This document shows positions 56,432 through 64,000 of a DNA stretch of 64,000 nt, in pieces; position 1 is the first letter of the stretch; the number at the start of each line of letters is the position of its first letter. A model generated the notes under the pieces. The model was not told where the DNA came from. It did not search any database and saw nothing but the letters and a program-made list of their open reading frames with translations. The translations under genes were made by a program, and so were the position numbers. This stretch comes from Azolla caroliniana. Its lineage: Eukaryota; Plantae; Polypodiophyta. The DNA lies in NCBI GenBank assembly GCA_043228905.1, contig JBHGNT010000009.1, forward strand, positions 1,488,001 to 1,552,000. The letters are read 5' to 3'.

Positions 56432-57996
56432 GTATGTGCCTCTGGTCTATACTCTCTCTCTCTCTCTCTCTGTCTTTCTTTGTCTTTCTTTCTGTCTCTG
56501 CCCCCTCCCTCTCTCCTTCTACCATCTGTTTCTTGTCCCTTTCCAATGCAGCTGAATTTTAATTTGCAATATAAATAAAGGAAAACGGGATTTTCTTCTT
56601 TCAATTTTGTTCGTTCTCTTTCTTTCTTTTTGATCTGTTTCATATGCTTTCCATTGCGGGGGAATTCTGTTGTACAAAGAAAGAGATAGTAAACCAAAGA
56701 TTGAAAGACAGGATTGTTTCTTTAAAACAAAGAAAGATTTAAAGAGAGGGGTGTTGTTCCTTTTGAACGAGGGAAGATCGAAAGAAACCATTTTTGTTTC
56801 TCTGAGATAAATGAAACAAAGAAAGAAGAAAACGTAGAGTTGCGTTTTTCTTTGTTCGGCTTCCCATCATTTCCATTGGAATGCATTCGATTTTCAAAGG
56901 AAGAAAGAAAGATGGAATAGAGAAGTTGCGTCTTTGAAACAAAGGAAGAAGGGAAGAAAGTGATTTGTTTCTTTTGTCTTCCTTTGATCTGTTTCATATG
57001 CTTTCTATTGCAGTGTATTCCATGTCGTAATGAAGTACATGCATTTTCCTCTTTCCAACTTCCGTATATGTTTGTATAAGTTTAAACACAAATACTTTGG
57101 TTTCTATACGCAATAGATGTTGTTTGCCATAGAAGGATAATATGCCTTGTTACATCTTTTCTCCAATAAATCTAGCTTTAAAATACGAAGCTGGGGAATT
57201 GTGTATAGAAAACTGAAATATTATCCCTTGTGGAACCTTTAACAGATTAGGACTTCCATTTTATCAAAACATTTGAGTATTATATGAGTCCTATGTCGTC
57301 AGCTCTAAAATTTAAATGCCAGTCAGGTTGATTTTTAAAATTTGATATATTCAGCACATATCTCTCCATTAAAACCTATCCCACTGAGCAATGTAATTCT
57401 CTTGTAGACCTACAGGAAAAATAGGAAATGAGAAGGTAAATTTTCTCGTCTGAATAATTGTTCTCACCATCACATTTATTTTGCTTTGAAGGGAACAATC
57501 GTTATTATGGCTTCAATTTCATCTTTGTAACCCGAATGAATGTTAAAACTGGGGTTTGAGAAGATAAGAGGAAAACAGAGTAATTATACTTTTGATCCAA
57601 TCAGTGATAACTTGGATAAGAAGATCATTGTATCATTTCATGAATAAATTTCACAAATTCATTTTCAAAGAGGATTCCCCATTTCCCAAATTCTATTAGG
57701 ACTTTACTTTTATATGGCTGAAATGGATATTAGGATTTTGAGATGATGCTAATCACTATTTTACTACTGTAACCGACTTTTAAGACCAAGGTTTGTTGTA
57801 AGATTGAATGTTAGAGTCAGATGATTATTTTACATGGTGTAATTAAAAGATTCTCTTACTTGGTTTGATTAATAGTTCAGGTTTTCTTTCATTTTTTTCA
57901 ACTCTTTACTGCTCTTGGTATCATTCTTTGAATGTTCAGTATGTTTTTCGGACAAAGTCTTGATTAATTTGAAATATGTTAAATGCAATCACTCAG

Positions 57997-58080
57997 TTAA
58001 TGCTGGATCCAACAAGGCATCTTCTAGTACCCCAGGTCTCAATACAAAAAAGCTAGATGAGGAAACTGAAGTTCTTGCAC
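57997..58080 (+). CDS. MBF1: MBF1 exon 2
   Basis: AG acceptor, FNAGSNKASSSTPGLNTKKLDEETEVLA, donor GTAAGT. Confidence 0.94.
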
Positions 58081-58161
58081 GTAAGTTCTGGTTACGCTAA
58101 TATTTCTATGCAAGAATTTCCATTTTTTTATTGATTTGTTCTTTGTGCTATTTCTTTTCAG

Positions 58162-58244
58162 ATGAGAAGGTGTCATCTGAGCTTAAAAGAGCATTAATGC
58201 AAGCACGTCTCGATAAAAAGCTCACTCAAGCACAACTAGCACAG
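58162..58244 (+). CDS. MBF1: MBF1 exon 3
   Basis: AG acceptor, HEKVSSELKRALMQARLDKKLTQAQLAQ, donor GTATTT. Confidence 0.95.
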
Positions 58245-58381
58245 GTATTTATTTAAGAGGGAAACTCTTAGTTATTCTTGGCCAACTCCTAGAAGAGAGA
58301 AAAATGGGATGAATTTACTGTATAGTTCCTCTTTAAAAAGGTTTCAACTGTATTGCTTTGTGTTTTGTATTTTACTGGCAG

Positions 58382-58501
58382 CAAATCAACGAGAAACCGC
58401 AAGTAATACAAGAGTATGAATCTGGTAAAGCGATACCTAACCAGCAAGTTATATCAAAACTTGAGAAAGTGTTAGGGACAAAGTTAAGGGGAAAGAAATA
58501 A
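58382..58501 (+). CDS. MBF1: MBF1 exon 4 (HTH domain end and stop)
   Basis: AG acceptor, [39 protein letters not shown]. The four exons total 420 nt (139 aa). Confidence 0.95.
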   Translation, partial: QINEKPQVIQEYESGKAIPNQQVISKLEKVLGTKLRGKK

Positions 58502-59480
58502 AGCTGAAAAAATGTACAGTCAATACAATATGTGCCTTTTTATACTTGATGCGTTTATGAAAATGCCCTTAGAAAAAAGAAAGGGATATATGGCTGCATG
58601 TATCAGACAAATAATGTGATCTGAAATGTTAAAATTTCTGGTAGCTTTTCTAAAGACATCATACCATCCAAAAAATGTGTGTTTCTGAAGAGATCTTAGA
58701 GAAGATGTAGATTTATCAATGTGTAAATGCATGTCTCTGCTTTGTTTCCACAATATGGTTTCAATCTTTGTTTGACTTGAAACAATAAATTGTAGCTTCA
58801 GGTTTAGGTATATGAATGGCTAATGTTAACAAATGATGCATTTAGAATTCACACTATCTCTGCATTACAGTGTTAAGTCTGTGCTTGAGGCAAAAGCCAT
58901 GGTCATCAGTGATAAAAAAGGAAACAAAATCATCAATCAAGGCTTAACAGGCTATGTTAAAGTTGGCGGATGCGAATAACAATTCTGTTTCTGTAGCTTT
59001 ATTGATGATTTCTTGGTGTGAAACCTCAAGGTGATATAAACATAAACAAAGTATGGCTATATGAACTTTACAGTTGGAAATATTAGCTCTCAATATTCTA
59101 AAGGCTGTTTAAAATTTATGTCAGTAGGTTCAGCTCTCTACAACTGAGTAAATTTTATTTGATGGTTTTATTCTAGAGGCTCATATTATTTATTCACTGA
59201 ATGGGATCAATATACCCATTCTCATTGCTACAACTCTAATTACAGTATGAACGTGAATAAAGAGAGAAGGTTGCATAACATAATCAGTATGTATAACAAG
59301 GGTGAAGTAAATAAATGCTTCAATCTAATTTTGTAGAAATCTTTTTTGCAAGTTATTTGCAGTAGCTAAAAATGATGTTAGATTATATCATTATTTTGAC
59401 CATTGGTTTGGTAATTGCATATACACTTACATGTTGAGAGATCAAGAGAAGGTGAGATTTTGCTGCCCTACCAATTGAAT

Positions 59481-60073
59481 TGTTAGAGTTAACTACTAAT
59501 GTAAGCATGAAATACGAATAATACATATAGGAAAATAAGAGACGAAAGAGAAAGAAGGGTGTTAATTCACTTGACCACCCTCGAGCGAAGGGATCGAGAT
59601 AGACTTGAGCCTCGATCAGTGTCCCATACTAGGGATCAGCAACGGTTCGGTTTAGGCTTAGCCCGTTTGGCTTGATCCAAGCCAAACCGGCTAAGCCTAA
59701 ACCATTTACGAGATCTCAAACTTGAGCTGAGCCGAGCTGAGCGAGTTCACAAACCGGTTTAGCCTAAACCGGTTTGGTGAAGGGCTTGTAAACCGGTTTC
59801 CAAACCGGCTAAGCCTAAACCGTTTACGAGATCTCAAACTTGAGCCGAGCCGAGCCGAGCCAGTTCACAAACCAAGTTAGCCTAAACCGGTTTGTGAACC
59901 GGTTTGGTAAAGGGCTTGTAAACCGATTTAGAAACCTCCCTCTCTCTCTCTCTCTCTCTTAAATGATCCACTATATACTATATACTATATATTATACATT
60001 GTACAAGCTCTCCCTCCCACTCTCTCTCACATCTGTGGTCTCGACTCTCTCTCTCTCTCACTTCTATGTAATT

Positions 60074-60114
<41 letters not shown>

Positions 60115-60124
60115 TCTATGTAAT

Positions 60125-60168
<44 letters not shown>

Positions 60169-60730
60169 TCTATGTAATTCCACTCTCTCTCTCTCTCTTT
60201 CCCCTTGTCTATTGTCTCTCTCCCCCTCTCTCTAAAGTTTATAAACGGTTTAGACAGCTTGAGCCGGTTTGGCGAGGCTCAAGCCAAGTCGAGCCGAGCT
60301 CAAACCGTTAAGGCAAGTTCAAGCCTAAACCGAGCCGAGCCGCTAAGCTACTAAGCCGTTTTCAAGCCGGCAAAGCCAAACGGTTTAGGCTTGAGCCGAG
60401 CCGTTGCCGATCCCTATCCCATACCACAGTTGTGGCATTGAGTCGTACCTAGTATTGGCACACTCGCTACAAGAGTTGACCCAACACAAGGACGGAGTCT
60501 CGAAGTAGTTAATAAGGTCTCAAACGAGGGTAGCTAGGCCTCATATTTATAGCTAGACCTAAGGCCCCATGCAAGTTCACACTTGGCCTAATGCCTTGTC
60601 CCAATCCCAAGGATTAAAAGTAATCTTTCCTTTCTTTACACTCTCGTTTAACCCTCACACATTTATCCACGTGTATAGAATACTACGGTACAATCTTACC
60701 ACGGAATATTATATAATCATGCCCATAACA
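59481..60730 (-). mobile_element. Solo LTR (about 455 bp net) interrupted by a hAT MITE
   Basis: TGTTA..TAACA ends, TSD TGAAT (59476-59480 and 60731-60735), ctataaata on the minus strand at about 60545. Confidence 0.8.
59630..60416. mobile_element. Non-autonomous hAT element (MITE)
   Basis: TIR TAGGGATCRGCAACGG, perfect 8-bp TSD TCCCATAC (59622-59629 and 60417-60424), many subterminal AAACCG/AAACGG and GAGCC repeats, CT-microsatellite core. Confidence 0.92.
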
Positions 60731-63700
60731 TGAATGCACATTATGGGTGAGATTAGTGTGTGATTGAGAGTGACAATTTAGCATAGAAGTGAGTATGGAT
60801 CCTCTTGTAAACTGAGTTAGTAATTGAATTAAGTTTGACACAATCAATATACATCTCTTGCAAGTCAGAAGGTGTAACTCATGTCAACATGATGGCAACA
60901 ATGCTTTTGAATGGTAGCATGTTCTTGCCCTACCCTTAAACCTAACAAACTTGCACCTTCTCTCACCCCTATGGAATAGAGGTAATCACCCTCCTCTACA
61001 ACAAGAAAAAGCAAATTGGATAAGCTCACTTTTCCATAGTTGGGAGATCAAGGATGGGGAGCATCCTCCATTACAATGTGAAGACCTCACTAGCATGAAC
61101 AATCTAGTTATCAATTACTACTTATTATATGTGTACTACCAACCTAGCACAACTTCAATTTGAACGTGCTAAGCCACACCATATAGGCATGCATGTTTGC
61201 TATCTATTGTGGCAAGGGACTAACCTTAAGAAAATGCATGAGCCGCATGGAGCAATACCTTCTCTACACTAGCAAAGAAAACTATGTGAAGGCTAGTTAA
61301 GCTTTTCAACTTCCACCTTCTTGTTCTCACACTCATTACCATCTTTACGAGGCTCCTTAATAGGCATTATGTAGGTTATTAAACCATATGCAATGATTTA
61401 GAAACAAATATTTTGCAACTTTTGTCATTATAAATTTGCTCGTTGAATTTAGTTATGTTTCTAATTGATGTTGTAATTTTGATAGAATTTAAAGGAAATT
61501 TTTATGATTATAATGAAACATTACGTACACAATGCAATGTGATGTACCACGTCTCATTTGTGAATATATATCGATGAATTATTGAGTTCAAGTAGAAGAT
61601 ATGGAAAGAGGCAAAAACATAGCGAATTTTGATGTATCACAACAAAAACATCCATATATTTCAATAAAATAATAAGTGGGCTAATTTCATAAACAAGACA
61701 ATATGTTTAGGAAAAACAAACTCGCGATTACTTTTTCCTCAAGAAAAGAAGTCATTGCAAAAACTTTTGAAATTGGGGTTTTCAAAGCACGTAGTGTGAC
61801 AAGAATTGACGGGGTGCTATATAAAATAAAATAAAGTGCTTAAAGTATGAACATGTAAAAACGAGAATATGGTTTAAGAAATAGCCCAAAAGAAGTGGGT
61901 GAATTGGAAACGTGCATTGCAAGATGAAGGTACCCCATGATTAATTATGGGTAGGAAGCTTTATATGGTTCTCTTGGTAGTATATAACATTTTGGACCAT
62001 CAACCTTCACACCCAGTGTCAAATGGACATTGTGAGCTTTATATGAACATTTTTATGCCCCATAGAATGTATGATATATTTACAACTATCAACTCATGGC
62101 TCATGTCTAAGGTTTCGTGTTGATGAGGTATGCTTCATTTTATAACATAAAAGAGAATATACATATTTTGAAAATCGTTTAACCTAAATCTACTCATTGT
62201 TAAATTGAATGTAGGATTTTCCGTGGTGAGAATGAGTAATCTAATTTTTACTCATAGTTCTTTGCATTTTTTTATGTAGCATGTGCGCTAAAACTCATCT
62301 TCAATTATAGATGTACTGCATATAACTTTTGTATCCTTCATATGCATATAAAGCATTGAAAATATGTTTGTTGATGACTGCTCAAAGTGGCTTGTCCACT
62401 TAATGAAATGGCTTGAAATGAAATAGCGAAAGAATCTATACAACGTAGTTTTAAAACATATTTGTTGGTTGATCCATGATGACACTTGTAACAAGGATAT
62501 TAAGATTAAGAGAAAGTTTGGATTGAACCATAGATAAAGAATGAAACTATGCCCAAGATAGATATCTTAAAAGATAGAAGAGTCATAGTTGAACTTTTGC
62601 ATACATAATAGAATTAAATCTCAAAAGCTTAGATTAATATAAAGAATCCCTCACTATACATGAGTATAATATTTTCTCATTCATGTAGGACACTTTAACA
62701 ACTTTGAAATTCACGCTTGTGACTTATCCACGTGATAGGCATAGTCAATTTTGAAACAGATGATTCGAACTTCAAAAATAAGTTTTTTTTAAAACAAATT
62801 AAACTAAAATGTAACAATTGTGCCTGCTTCCTTTCTCATAGGCTGCACGTCGATCTCTATAGACATTAAGACACTTTCTTTCTCTAGCTTCCAAGTTCCA
62901 AAGTTAGTGTTCAAATAGCAAGTTCTTTTGTTTTTCACATGAGTGTTGTAAGCCATACGTGTCTATCCCTCTCCTCAACTCCACGTGTCTTTCTTTCACA
63001 TGCACCACATCAATATTACAAATTTCCATGGTGCTAAATTTGTACAACCAATGAAAGGGCTTGATTATAAGTACATATGATGGAATTATTGTCAAATACA
63101 GGTACGTGTGCATTTCACAAGGCGTCTTATGCATACTCTACTATATGGACTTGGAATGTGATGGGAATCATAACTTCAATGTATTTGATGTGACGTTGAT
63201 AGGTCAATAGGAATACCACTTCAATTATTGGTCCACCAAAAAAGATAGTGAAGGACGAATATAAAGATTAGGATAATATATTGCCATACAATTGTTGTAG
63301 AAAGTACACGCTTATACCAAGAAATTAGACATGACCATTTTTAATAGTACCATTCTAAAGTATCTACACCGATTACCAATACATGATATTCCTGTCCCAT
63401 TGTCAAGTCATGCAATCACGATTCATAGCCATGCGTGCAGATCCGGCCTTTTAAAATGACATGGCACACTTTCTTTCGATATATAGATATGCTAAAGCTT
63501 AATATATAGATTCATAGTGTTGGTTCATAGTTGAATCTACAAAGGTAGACTTTGGTTCACTATTACTATTTATCCTCGGGCTCTTCTTGGACTACATATG
63601 TTGGCTATTGTGTTCATTTGTTTGTATTTGTTGTTGGTTGACATATGTCACATCTATATACGTGTTACATTTCGGTGATAATTGTAGCATGTAGGATGTC

Positions 63701-64000
63701 ATGTTTCCTATATTCCACAAAAGCACAACTAAGAGTAGTATTGAGTAAATTATTTAATAATCGTAACAAGGAACAACACAAGGGTGAAGATGGTAAGAAA
63801 CAAACTTATTATAATATTATATAAGCTTCTTGCTAGACAAACTTGTCATTAATTAACAATTATTCATGGATTGTGGATATTCTGTTGCATACCCGTTGAA
63901 AAAGTTCAAAAGGCTGAATATCCAACTTTTATAATACATGCAAAGTTGAGCTAATCAACTCATTGAGGACCTTGGGTCACCTTATATAGTCCATACATGA

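Noticed and set aside
55999-56997. Minus-strand ORFs overlapping MBF1 exon 1 and intron 1
   Set aside because: Low-complexity translations of GA/CT microsatellites and the antisense of exon 1.
60740-64000. AT-rich sequence that looks like decayed TE coding DNA
   Set aside because: No open frame or motif could be assigned; left unannotated.

Overview
Eukaryotic land-plant genomic DNA. A fern or other non-seed plant is plausible from the TE lineages and GA-microsatellite richness, but this is inference only. Two host genes lie head-to-head at the window edges: ATG11 (minus strand, 5' part, running off the window start) and a 4-exon MBF1 (plus strand, 56299-58501). The roughly 52 kb between them is almost entirely one nested transposon island, resolved by LTR ends and target-site duplications (TSDs). 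The outer element is chromovirus A (6963-55361, TSD GTGTG). It holds Copia B, Copia C, a Gypsy solo LTR, and, inside its 5' LTR, a 5'-truncated LINE. Copia C holds an Athila-family solo LTR and Gypsy D, which in turn holds its young sister Gypsy E and a collapsed Copia F. The LINE holds Copia G, which holds the very young Athila-like Gypsy H. Downstream of MBF1 is a solo LTR containing a hAT MITE. Main observations: (1) the D/E Gypsy family has a conserved putative -1 frameshift (G GAU UUU UAG) after the protease, a DHG protease motif, a tRNA-Trp PBS and 4-bp RCGY target sites; (2) chromovirus A shows a Tf1-type self-priming signature; (3) element H has a roughly 890-codon 3' extra ORF behind a splice acceptor, three Gag zinc knuckles and no canonical PPT. 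Family assignments come from motif recognition by eye, not database searches.
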